From contig JBHGNT010000014.1 of the NCBI GenBank assembly GCA_043228905.1, positions 15,004,001 through 15,068,000 of the forward strand: a stretch of DNA of 64,000 bases. The letters are read 5' to 3'. This DNA is from Azolla caroliniana (taxonomy: Eukaryota; Plantae; Polypodiophyta). Made by a program: the position numbers and the translations under genes. Below the pieces are notes generated by a model. That model was not told where the DNA came from and searched no databases. It was given only the letters and a program-made list of their open reading frames with translations. Of the stretch, positions 52,561 to 64,000 are shown piece by piece. Position 1 is the stretch's first letter, and each line of letters opens with the position of its first letter.

Positions 52561-54004
52561 CAATGATAAGGGAAAGCATTTTTCCACTGCATGAAAATGG
52601 GAATATCATTAAAGTTCATATAGTCGGGGACAATGATAGTCAAGCTTACTTTTCAAAGAAAACCATTAGGGCCAATCATATGCAAACACCAATGATGCAT
52701 ATGTAATCACACCAATGATGCATATGTAATCTCTTTCTCTCTCTGCATTTCTTATCTTTTGCAACGATTTTAGTCCATTACTTCATTTATTAAGCTTTCA
52801 AATCAAGTCCTAAAAGGCAATAAGTTTAGGATCTCAATCGAAAGTCATCTGTTAACATAATTATTGCAAAAATCAAATAGAATTCGTAACCCATACTAGT
52901 CTTTCCTTGCATTTTTCTAGCAAAACTAAATAATCTTGTCTGGTTTTGATCTTGGTAAGCAAATCTTATTGAATGGTTCCCAATCTTAAGGTTTTGATCT
53001 TGGTATGCAAATCTTATTGAATGGCTACCAATCTTAAACTCAAACAATAGTCAAATCTACAAAGAGAAGCCAATGAAAAAATGATACTCATGTTCCAAGT
53101 CGTTCTTATGAACATGAGCAGTTTTTTTCTACATGATAACGACCTATACATTTGACTATCAAGGCTTGACAATACCACGGCATATATTAGCTTCATACAC
53201 AAACTTGAACAAATTTCTTAAAAGATGGATCTTCATGTTGTCACACTGCTTGGGGTGTTCCTACAAGTTCTATATGGAAAGAATCTTAAAGAGGCTGAAA
53301 GTAAAAAGCAACCTGCGAATCTAATACAGTCGTTTTCCACGTAAAAGTAACCTAATATCCATCACATCACGAATGTTTTGTGAATGCACAAGTCCGCAAT
53401 TTATATGCACTACAGATTAATGTTAAAAATCGGAAACCAACATGTTAGGGTATGGTAAATTAACCTCCACACAATCCCTTGGATGTCAAACTAGGAAGGC
53501 TTTCACACTCTTTTACAACCAGAAAAGTAAATGACAGGATACAACTATGATGGATGCATATAGTATCATATGCCTTGATGAATTGAGAGGAGGATTTACG
53601 ACTCATATCGTAAATTCAGCCGGCCTAACAATTAACAACTTCTAATCATTTCTGCTGATGTAGTTTTTTGGCATCGGGCTGTGGAACCAAACAGTTGTTA
53701 TTCTTATTATTAACTCACAATTTTCCTGAGTAGATATGATACAAGAATAAGAAGCATAGTTCACACACCGCGCCAATTCAGAGTGATGTAGCATTTTCAT
53801 CTAGATTCTTGCTACAAATAAATGATTTTTTGAGCAAGAACTCGGGCAAACTCTTTGCATCCACACCTATCTATCTATGTTTTTTTATGATTAGATAACA
53901 AGTCGAAAACCTTGTTCTAGAAATATATCGGTTCAGCATTAAGAATCGGTACATTTGTTCCTCTTAGAACAAAAGTGCAGAGCATTCCTACGCTCCCTTT
54001 TTCA

Positions 54005-56424
54005 TCACCAAGGTCCCGTACATGTCCTCCTTAAAGAAGACGAAGAAGAAGTAGATGTAGAGATTCGACCCCCGGCCTTCACCACCAACGGTGTTTGGGC
54101 GATTATCTAGTATATATAAACAAAAAAAACATTTGTTACAATACTTGAGCATGCACGTTTAGTATCATTTGGTTGAGAATATACACTAACAAGACTTCTG
54201 AGTTGCCAAAGTTTAGATGGATGAACAAAAAGCACATGTTCAGTTTGACGGCTGATAAGCAGAAACCTATAGATTTTTATATAAAGGAAAGCAAAACAAG
54301 TTTCGCAGAAACACAAACAAACAATCTTCAAGATTTGGGTAACTCTGTGAGTGTCACCTGAACTTGGCATGGAAAAAATGTTATGAACTTGGCAACAACA
54401 TCATCAATGACCAAGGAACCAATACCATAAAGACACTGAAATGATAAGGGTTTCTATAGAAATATCATGGAATATCATGAGGGAACACTACATCATATAT
54501 GCCACCACTCCAAAGAAATGACTGACAAAAGAAAAATGCACACATGGGACTCCAAACAAAGAATCAATCTACCCAAAAGCAACACGAAACACACCAATAT
54601 TTTCTTCATCCTGCTACAAAGGCAAGCATCTCAGCTCAACAGGAAGATGGATTGGAGGTCAGAGATTTAGTTAAACCCAATAAAATGAACTTAAAAATGC
54701 ATACAGTCATAAGGTACCCTTTCCTTCCTCTTTGTGTTAAAAAATATATCATATAGGGAGGCATATAATTCGTTACACACCTGTTTTTTTCTTCGGTCTG
54801 CTTCTTCCTGCTATAGAGAGAAGAAAATTTAAGTAAGATGGGGATGACTGAAGGGAAGAACTCGTGCTTCATTATGCATTAATTTTCACAAGTACTTGTG
54901 CAGTTGGTGTATAATGTAAGAGAGAACTGTTAGATCATGTTTGTATGCATTCATGTATTTCTATGCTGGAATGCATAAAACTTTTTACTACACAAACTGG
55001 TAGTGCAACTTCACATTTTATTGGACTTGAATATGCTTTGATTCTATTGTTATCAAAATATATTCACCTCTATACTTCTTGTTGTAATTTATTCGCACTA
55101 CATGGTTTTAAAAGGTCAATTTAGAGCTATGTTTGCAAATTAAGTGGCAAAAGCAAAATGTGGTGCTTTTTTTCATTATTATGACCAATCAAGCCAAAAG
55201 GTCTTGTGGACTTTTTGCCTTGTTGATAATGATTTATAGGAAAAACACAAAAACCATTTATATTATAAGTACCTGCTTCTGCAAAAGTTTCATATTTTCT
55301 TCCTTTAAATGAGAAACTTCAGCCTCTAGCTCCATTGTGTAAGCCTGTTCAACAAGCAAACCGTATGTATATATATACACAAAGACAACTAGTATACAGA
55401 AAGAATTTTCTATTCTTTCATTATGTTTTTCACTTCGTCACAATTCAGAAAATACTGTATCATACCAAATCAACCAAGATATTCAATTAGCTTTTTTTAT
55501 TAAACTATGATGACAGCATTCATGGGCCTGTAAAGAGTCTCACCTGCCACTTTGAATAAGGTCACATTCCAAAGGAATGGGGACATATATATATATATAC
55601 ACACACATATATATAAGGGAGCACCCACAATGTTGAAGCTTTTACTAAATCTATGAGACAAATCATGAATACAAAATCGAGTAGCTTCCAGTTATCCATA
55701 CCCAGACGGACACACGAATTATTAATATTCATTATAGACCGACTACGATCCATGAGACTGGGCTAAGTCCATCGCAAGGATCAAACTTGGGTTCTCTCAA
55801 AATTATAGCTTCAATGCTATGGTGTGAACCACAAAGACAACAGCCAGAGATGGAGATAAGATGTTTTATCATCCACGAGGAGGCCAATTTTGACCTATGG
55901 GATCAAATCAACATATAATCTTGTACGTGTCTCCTTCCTAAGAAAGGGGCTTACTACTCTGAAGAAAAACTCTCTATACGAAAATACTGCACGCAAATAT
56001 GTGTTCACCCTTTTTGGTGGACGTTTGAGTATGACACATTATCATGCCTCTTATAACAAGTCATCATATCTCTCACGAATTACCTTATACACTGAGCATG
56101 TGATAAGTAAGTGATTCATCCTCCACTGGATTTTCATTGCATACCTTGCATATCTTCATATTGGGTGATGATGCCATGATGCTGCCTATACACCTAACTT
56201 GTGTGTGTGAGTTCGATGAAGTGTTAAGGCTCTCTGAGAACCAGGCTCACGGCGGTAGTGAGATGCGATTGGATACGTTCTAGCATTTTACCTTGTATTG
56301 GGGCCAATATTGGAGGTTAATATTTGCAATGTAAATTTCCAATTTTGATATTTTAGCATCTTGCCACTTCATCCTTACTAGTTCTCGTAATCTATCCTCG
56401 ATGATCACATGCTTCATAGAATCA

Positions 56425-56458
<34 letters not shown>

Positions 56459-59400
56459 AGGCATGGATGCACTCAAGGAGCTGCTATAAGTTCATGATCA
56501 AAGCATCATATTCTGTTACACCAGTCTGGGAGGGGAGGTCCAAGTGTTTTGCGATCTTCTCTTGTCATTAATTGAATATCTGTTCACCACTCCATTCTCT
56601 TCCTGTGCTCTTCTCTTGAATTGCAGAGTGTGATCATTCTCATTAACATTTCATCATAGTCTAGAGACAGGTTACGGATGCACTCAAGGACCTGGCATAA
56701 GCTCATGAAGAGCGCATCACATATTATTACACAAGTGTTGGAGACCCAAGTGTTTTGCTACCTTCTCTTCTCATTGATTTGTCTTTTCACCACTCTATTC
56801 TCTTCCTGTGTTCATTTCCTGTATTGTAGAGTGTGATCATTCTCGGTAACATGGCATCATAGTCTAGGGATAGGTTATATTCAATATATGAAAGAAAAGA
56901 ACAGTTCCACACAAGTGGAATGGCTGGATGCTTCCGATGATCATGGAGAATGAGAGCTATCTTCTCTTCTCATTAATTGATTATCTGTCCCCCACTCTAT
57001 TATCTTCTGTGCTCATCTCCTGTATTATGGAGTGTGATCACAAGTGATTTGCTATCTTCTCTTCTCATTAATTGACTATCTGTTCACTATTCTATTCTCA
57101 TCCTCTGTTCATCTCCTGTATTGCAGAGTGTGATCACTCTGATTAACATGGCATCATAGTCTAGAGATAAGTTTGATTCAATGTGGGAAAGAAAACAGCA
57201 GTCCTGCACAAGTGGAATTGTTGGAGGCTTCCAATGATTATGAAGAATGAGAGCTGAACTAGAGCTACAGCATGATCCACGGAAGGCAAGATACCAGTAT
57301 CTTGCATCAAACAAAGGCAGGGTATTGGTTAGAAGAAGAGGCAGCATTAGAATAGTTTCCATCAACTCAGTGTGGAAATGAATTGAGTTAGTCAAGAGTC
57401 CTGTCAATGAGCAGAGAAATGACATCCACTTGCACATCAAAATCAAGTCATGCTAGAGGTCATCACAAATGAGATTCGGGCTAGATAGGAACGACTTAAA
57501 TTACAAAGCTGAGAGAGCAAAAGAATGTTGGTAGATTCAGAAAAAGTTCTAACATCTTCATAAAACATGCAACAAATACTGAATTCAAAGTAGTTCACTG
57601 CAGAGTAGATAAAGTATCACAATTCAAGAAAGCTTCCTTTCAAGTTATTCCAATCAGTCTACATGGGGAGCATGAAACACAAGGAGGGGATCCCATTGAT
57701 GGAATTACTGTCAGATGGTAGAACATATGTCCATCACAATCCTTCGATGATCACTTAAGGGGGGGAAGTGCCATGAGGGTCATCATAATGAGTTTGAGTA
57801 AGGGGGTCACTGGATCAAATGAAAAGCCTTTAGTGAAGCAAAAGGGTGAATTGAGCTTGATTGTGAACTTAAATGTGATGGAGCAGACTGTGGATAGACA
57901 TGTACCCTGTGGAAGAAGGTATTGAGCAGCTCTCTTAAGTGTAGGGAATCTTTTGCAAAATCCCAACAGTGATATGTTGATTCAAAACGAAGTAGATTAA
58001 AACAGGTCTGCCCCACTGGTTTTGGACCAAAATACAGATCTCGTTGTTGAACTGTTGGAATGAAATATGATTTATCGCACACTATGAAGATGAAGAAGGT
58101 AGAGGATATTACATAAAAGTGCTACATTCTAAGCTAGTGTCAGACATTTGAACAATATATGAAAACTACTAATCAACTAGAAAAATTGAAAAACAAATGC
58201 TGAATATGTGTCAATGTATCAGAATAAATAAAAATCATAATCAAACATACATCCTACATGTAGCCAATAGTGATGAGAGGAAGCTATAGACTCAACAATC
58301 TGAATGATCATCATTCACTATCAATGTCCTTGTAAGCTCGTCATCATTCTCAATATTGAGAACTTTGATGGGCTTTAAATAAACAGCAAAGAAATTTTGA
58401 ATTTCCATAACCGTCATTTCCCATAGTTGGAAATATAGATTTTCCAGACGAAGGAGAACTAAAAGAACATTCCCCAATATGAGTAAGCCAAGAATAGCTC
58501 CATTGGAGCCATCTAAATCTTGAATACACTACATGAAGGTGGTTATTGCTAGACACTAGACACGAACATCCTATGTGGTCATCAAGGTCAACTATCCATC
58601 ATGTTTGGGACCTGATACTATATTCACAAATTATCATAAAAACTTAACATGAGAACCTTCAACATTCAAAGTGCCACAAACTATCAATATAATCATCTGG
58701 CTGTACCCAGTCAGGTGTCAGATGCTGCACTATAGCTAGACCAAGCAAATTTATGGTTGTGATGTTGTGTATAGGAATGATAATTTGGGCTAAGGATTAC
58801 ACTAAGGGGGTGGTGAGAAATAAGCATGAGCACCGCATGCCATTTGCATGCATTGAGTTCACGGATAATAGGGGGGTTAGTCTACCTCTATTATTGTATT
58901 TGCAAGCTATCCACTATATAATACCGGAATCCCTGTTTAATTTCAGTCTGTTTAATAATTTAATTACCATAATTGTCATTTTTTGTTCCTCCATCATCTA
59001 CCACTCCAGAAATTAGGCAGTTCCACTGTGGCACCCACAAATCCATAAATCTACTCAACACAAGATAATTATGGCCTGTACATACTACTAGGTTTATAGT
59101 TATAGAAGAACCAGCAACCTTTATGCAAGATCTTCTCTTTCCTGGTTCTCATTTCCACCATTGAAGATTGTGTCCAAGGTACCTATGGAGATTATGTGAG
59201 TAGCAATATAATTGCTTCTATCCATGCAGGGTCATAGACAAGTCTAAGATACAAGTGTGAATATTATGACAGTGATCTTCTTTGGTAGACTCTATGTCTT
59301 CTCTCCTTCTGATTCATTATTCCTGTAGCTTTGCTATTCTAGGACCAAAAGCTATTTAACCTTTGGTTGGATGGAGAAACTATCTCTGGCCTCCCTCTTT

Positions 59401-60856
59401 GTTGATTCATTAATTTCTTTGTAAATCCTAGAAGCACTTGGGAAACTCATACCAATTAATAAAGAAAAATACCTCAAAACACAAGGGTGAGGGTGTGATT
59501 TACCTGCTTCCTTGCTCGAGAGCGAGCCGCAGATTCCCTATTTTTTATCATCCTCCGTTGCCTTCTTTCGATAACTTTCTCTACAGGGGCTTCCGAACAC
59601 CTTTTTCTGCCATGTCTATTAACCTGTCCATTCGTTGCATAAGTAGGGCTCGAGTCTTCAGTTCTCGGGCTTATTGGAGAAGAAGCTACTCCATATCTCA
59701 TTCCACTAAGCCACACACCAGTATTTCCTCCAGTACTACTTAACACACCACCCATTGTAGTGGTAGATAATGGTCTTGGAGATGTCTCTAAAACGCCTCC
59801 TCCATAGCTAACATCTGAACATTCTTTAGGTTGTTTGTTCATGAATGGCACATTCACATTCATTTGATGATACCCTTGTTGAGCTTGTTGATGGAGTGGT
59901 GAGTTTGCCCTGCCATCTGAAGCTTCTTTCGGTTGTTGATGTTGCTGGGAGATGAATGGTACGTTCATATTCAATTGATGGTACCCTTGTTGATGATGTG
60001 TTGAGCTTGACCTCCCATCAGAAGCTTCCTTAGACTGTTGATATTGTTGTTGAGTCAGGAATGGAATATTCATTTGATGGTACGCTTGTTGATGATGTGG
60101 GGAGCATGCCTTCACATCTGAAGTTTCCTTAGGTTGTGGTGGTTGATGTTGTTGAGCCATGAATGGAACACTAACATTCGTTTGATGATATCCTTGTTGA
60201 GCTTGTTGATTATGTGGTGACCTTAATAGAGATTGATCAAGTTGAAAATTAAAGCCTTGTGAAGGTAGGTTGGGTTGAATTGAACCCCCCATCAAATTAG
60301 TAATAGTAGATCCAACAAATTGATGTGAAGAAGAAGACGAAGAATCTTCTTCTTCCTTCTTATTCTTCTCATTCTCTGGTTTATGATTCTCTTCTTGTGG
60401 AATAGGGGGTTTCTGAACTATTCCAGCTTTAACCAGAAAATCTTCTAAAGTTACCTCTCCCAGCGTGATTTGGCGTGTTTGCAAAGAGGCATTGCTTACA
60501 CCCTCACCTTCTCTTATCTCCGGTTGAATGTTCAGGCTTTTCCATACTTCTTCGACTGTTCTAGTACTAAGAGTTCTAGGAAGGCAAAGAGAGCCTTGTC
60601 TTTGAATAGACAATTGAGAAACAATACCACTATTGTTAGTAACACTACTATTAATAGCACTATTCATACCAGTGGTATTGGGACCTTCGAAAGCCATAGC
60701 TGCTTGATTCTCTTCCGCAGTCCATATGTTCCTGAGAAGTTCATCCATGTTCATCGATCCGAACTTCGCACCCGGATCGCCAAGGATGTTCTGAAACTCT
60801 TCAAAAGTGAGAGAAAATACCGAATTGTTCTCATTTGTGAGGCCCTGGAAGGCCAT
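54005..60856 (-). CDS. ABI5: Group A bZIP transcription factor, ABI5/ABF/AREB-like, 4 coding exons
   Basis: Exons 60856-59504, 55344-55273 (AYTMELEAEVSHLKEENMKL), 54810-54781 and 54106-54005 (..LRRTCTGPW*). Conserved C1 (FGSMNMDELLRNIWTAEE), C2 (QRQGSLCLPRTLS), C3 (RQITLGEVTLEDFLVKAG), basic region RRQRRMIKNRESAARSRARKQ and C4. Orthology to ABI5 versus ABF cannot be resolved here. Confidence 0.92.
55720..56425 (-). mobile_element. 5'-truncated LINE 3' end (RTE-X-like C-terminal Cys/His motif) in bZIP intron 1
   Basis: Minus translation (across frameshifts) SQRALTLHRTHTHKLGV..SW, RICKVCNENPVEDE, LLITCSVYKVIRERYDDLL. The 5' end abuts (GA)n at 56428-56455. It matches 62837-63250 in the opposite orientation. 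Confidence 0.75.
56460..57260. repeat. Degenerate tandem repeat (about 4 copies, 100-200 bp) in bZIP intron 1
   Basis: cttctctt.tcatt.att...tct..tc.ccact.tatt...cctgt..tc.t.tcctg.attg.agagtgtgatca recurs at ~56556, ~56762, ~56960 and ~57055. catcatagtctag.ga.a.gtt occurs three times. Confidence 0.8.
57650..58520 (-). mobile_element. Decayed L1-like LINE ORF2 remnant
   Basis: GNDGYGNSKFLCCLFKAHQSS resembles the L1 linker W..DGD.NSKFF...LKAR. NSINGIP lies downstream (~PG.DGIP). Many stops. Confidence 0.3.
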
Positions 60857-61228
60857 TGGGGACCCGAGGTCAAGCTTTTCGCTATGGATATGGTGGGTTT
60901 CTCTTCTTCCTCTTCCTCTTCCTCTTCCTCTTCCTCTTCCTCTTCTTCTTCTTCTTCTTTTTTCCTCTTCCTCTTCTTCCTCTTCCTCTTCTTCCTCTTC
61001 CTCTTCTTCCTCTTCTTCTCTCTCTCTAATGAAGCTCTGATGAGACTTCTTTTCTCTTCTCTCTCAATCTGATGAAGAAATCTTTCTTCTTTTCTCCCAC
61101 CTCACAGCCTCTTTTCCCTGATGGGAAGACCTGAAGCTTTTTCTTTTAGGCTATGGAGGTTTCAAGAGCAGGAACAGGGTCACTATTTGTTCCTTGTTTT
61201 TGTCTTCTTCTTCGCCTTTCCTGCTCTC

Positions 61229-61235
61229 GACACGT
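61229..61235 (-). promoter_or_regulatory. ABRE-like ACGTGTC upstream of the ABI5-like gene
   Basis: cctACGTGTCg on the minus strand about 375 nt upstream of the ATG. Single short motif. Confidence 0.35.
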
Positions 61236-61388
61236 AGGTAGATTTCCATCGCCCTTTTCACATTTGTCCGGACAAATGCTGTGATTGCATTCTCTATCCC
61301 TTCCTGCTTTTGGCCTTTTGCTTTTTGCTTTTTGGTGCAAACTTCATAGAGACCCAACAACCTTGTCTCTGCCAAACACCAAAACACA

Positions 61389-61433
<45 letters not shown>

Positions 61434-61660
61434 CCCAATGGGCTAGACCCAGTCTCATAGATCACAAATTACAATCGTGTCTACCATAGATGTTAAAAAT
61501 CTATCTGTCTATCTGTCTATTTACCTCTCATATTTCATCCATATGCAATTAGTGTCTTACTCGTATTCATTTCTCCATTGGACAAAAACCGCTCATCCGT
61601 TCCCTATAACTTGTACCACAACTTCGTTGCGCGAGGTGGCTCCTATAAGCATCACCGAAA

Positions 61661-61749
<89 letters not shown>

Positions 61750-61833
61750 GTACCTTGTCGTTAGACTACAAACTCTAAGGTTGACTCGACTATCACACAC
61801 ACCTTATTTTCGCCTAAATTTCTAGGTGGTGTT

Positions 61834-62464
61834 GTGGAATGTTGGGGTTGAACACACAACTCCTAGTCTCCGTTGGATAACTTTATCAATTGAGTTCTCT
61901 CTCGCTCTCTCTCTCTCTCTCTCTGTGGTAAAAGCACACAATTATATTAATTGTATGTAAAAACCACTTAGTTACAACACTTCTTAGTCTCCTCTACCTA
62001 TCATATGCCTATGTAGGGAGAGGGACGTCATGTAATGTCATTAAAAAACCTGAATATGCATTTGAGGAAATGATCCCCGCATGCTCTAACATCCAAAAAT
62101 TCCACATGAGAATACCTTTCAGCTTCTTTAGATAGGCTTTCACCCCATGTCTATTATCAAACATGAAAGCATTACGCATATTCCAATTGTGTTGTAGCCC
62201 CCAATAGCGTAAAATTTGGAACAATATCTCCATCTCATCATTTGATTCAACCATTTTGAACATATTGACTCTCTCTCTCTCTCTCCATTAAGTTGTTACA
62301 CGACGATTAGACCTAGCTCTAGGGTTCGAAACCCAAATTCCCACCTCTCTATTATTCCATACATATCCTCTTGATTTACTAGATGCCAAGTGGAATGTAG
62401 GGCCTGCACCCATGACTTCCTGGTCTCCATTTGGCAACCTTACTAATTGAGCTACATCCATCTG

Positions 62465-62505
<41 letters not shown>

Positions 62506-62633
62506 GGCATTACACCATGGGCACCCATGCATATCTCTTAATTTACTAATGCTAAGTGGAATGTAGGGGCTACACCCATGACCTCCTGGTCTCCATTGAG
62601 CATCTTTACTAATTGAGTTACATCCATCTGGGC
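61834..62633 (-). mobile_element. Three copies of a tRNA-derived SINE (about 61834-61895, 62357-62467, 62525-62633)
   Basis: Minus strand GGATGTAGCTCAATTAGTAAG...GGAGACCAGGAAGTCATGGGTGCAGGCCCTACATTCCAC with A-box-like TAGCTCAATT.GTA. The B box is best preserved in copy 1 (GTGTTCAACCCC). Each 5' end abuts a (GA)n or (CA)n tract. Confidence 0.7.
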
Positions 62634-62744
62634 TTTGTGTGTGTGTGTGTGTGTGTGTGTATTTGTTCAAACTTCTATTCAGCCGACTTCCATTCGACCA
62701 AATCCCATGTCTCATGGGCCAATTTTGGCCTTAGAAGACGTTAA

Positions 62745-62836
<92 letters not shown>

Positions 62837-62838
<2 letters not shown>

Positions 62839-63255
62839 GACATTGAACCATGGGCAAGGTTCCGTCGCATATATCACAATTACTATCCCATGGACATTCA
62901 TCTATCACCCAAATATGAAGATATGCAAGGTATGTAATGAAAACTTGGCAGATGAATGAATGTCATTTACTTATCGCATGCTCAACGTATTAGGTAATTC
63001 ACAAGAGATATGATGACTTGTTAGATGGGCACAATAATGTAAGTGTCATACTTTTACCTCAAAATATTAACCCCCAGTCAAATACAATGGTGCATAGGTC
63101 GAATTTGGACCCATGATGGACGATAAAACATCTATTTTATTCTAATCTCTCTCAAAAAATTGAGAGAACTTTGCATTTGATCCTTGCCATGCGCTAGGCC
63201 CTACTTCATTGATCACAATCGGTCTCTTGGAAACATCATAAAGATATCTATCTGC
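62837..63255 (+). mobile_element. Second 5'-truncated copy of the RTE-X-like LINE 3' end
   Basis: Begins right after (CT)n at 62747-62836. WARFRR..HN, then aatatgaagatatgcaaggtatg.aatgaaaa, ttacttatc.catgctca, gagatatgatgacttgtta, gataaaacatct and ttgagagaac...tttgatccttgc, all shared with the reverse complement of 55740-56165. Confidence 0.75.
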
Positions 63256-64000
63256 CCACCATAATTCTCTCGTTGTATAATCAATCATGTGAATTGAAGG
63301 TAAAATAGACAAGGAGTTTGATTACATTTTCATTAAATTTGACATTACCCTTGCATATTATATTAGGAGTTTATTGAGTTCTCATTCCAACCAAACATAG
63401 GATGAAAATCCACGTTGAGGCCATTGGTCACAATAAAATGTAGGCGGACAACTCTTTGGCTTACTTGTGAATGAACAAAAAGAAGAGATGAGTGGACAAA
63501 TAGGAAGTATGAGGAATAACATAACATGCGACCCAAACAAAACAAAATCATTGGTTGTAATAAAAGTGAGGGGGACAAATAAATAATAAAGAGGACAAGG
63601 AAGGCACTTGCATCATGCCAATCAAGCTTAAGCATGTCCAAGAATACCCAAACATTTTCAATTACCCATTTGGGTATCCATCTTACATGAAGGTCTTTTT
63701 TTATTCTCGATGTCTAGTTGTACAAATCAGTTAGTCATAAGGTTACCACATAACCATTAACCGAGATGGTTATGGATTACCTCCTCAAAAGTGGTAGCCT
63801 ATGGCTTGATCCATAGAACTATGCATATCATTCTGATTGTAATATTAAGGTATGCACCAAAGGTTGTCAAGCATTGTATGGGTTGTTTATATAGTCGATG
63901 GGTCCCAACTTAGGATTACATTTTTGTGGATGGTAATACTCCATCATTCTCCGAGCTTTATTTAATTAATCATGTTTGTTGTGTTAATTATGTGAGGAGA

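Noticed and set aside
52687-53037. Short perfect or near-perfect tandem duplications (22 bp x2 and 48 bp x2); similar ones at ~7418-7470 and ~19660-19725
   Set aside because: Ordinary local slippage duplications with no further structure.
56163-56240. Box C/D snoRNA-like layout (GTGATGA...CTGA, about 70 nt) on the + strand
   Set aside because: No rRNA-complementary guide is recognisable, and the minus strand is explained as the LINE C-terminal coding remnant.

Overview
AT-rich, intron-containing land-plant nuclear DNA. The style of the PLS-PPR protein and the gene density suggest a fern with a compact genome; this is an inference. Seven protein genes are supported: a CruP/CruA-family FAD-dependent carotenoid cyclase-like gene (+, 5' end probably upstream of the window), an intronless orphan secreted N/S/Q-rich protein (-), a MEKK1-type MAP3K with a long poly-Ser tract (+), a DUF3527 protein (+), a PLS-class PPR protein with a decayed E domain (-), an IRE-type AGC kinase (-) and an ABI5/ABF group-A bZIP (-). 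Intergenic and intronic space holds a deleted Copia element interrupted by a solo LTR with a clean 5-bp TSD, three fragments of an RTE-X-like LINE that each abut (CT)n tracts, three tRNA-derived SINE copies, other decayed TE remnants and many microsatellites. The most striking unexplained signals are a minimal type-I hammerhead ribozyme motif with a palindromic stem III (48215-48276, antisense inside a kinase intron), an exact 3x60-bp tandem array joined by telomeric TTTAGGG linkers, start-codon duplications that created two uORFs on the PPR gene, and a 4x Q/H-rich repeat plus loss of the C1 SnRK2 motif in the ABI5-like protein. All exon coordinates were read by eye and may be off by a few bases.
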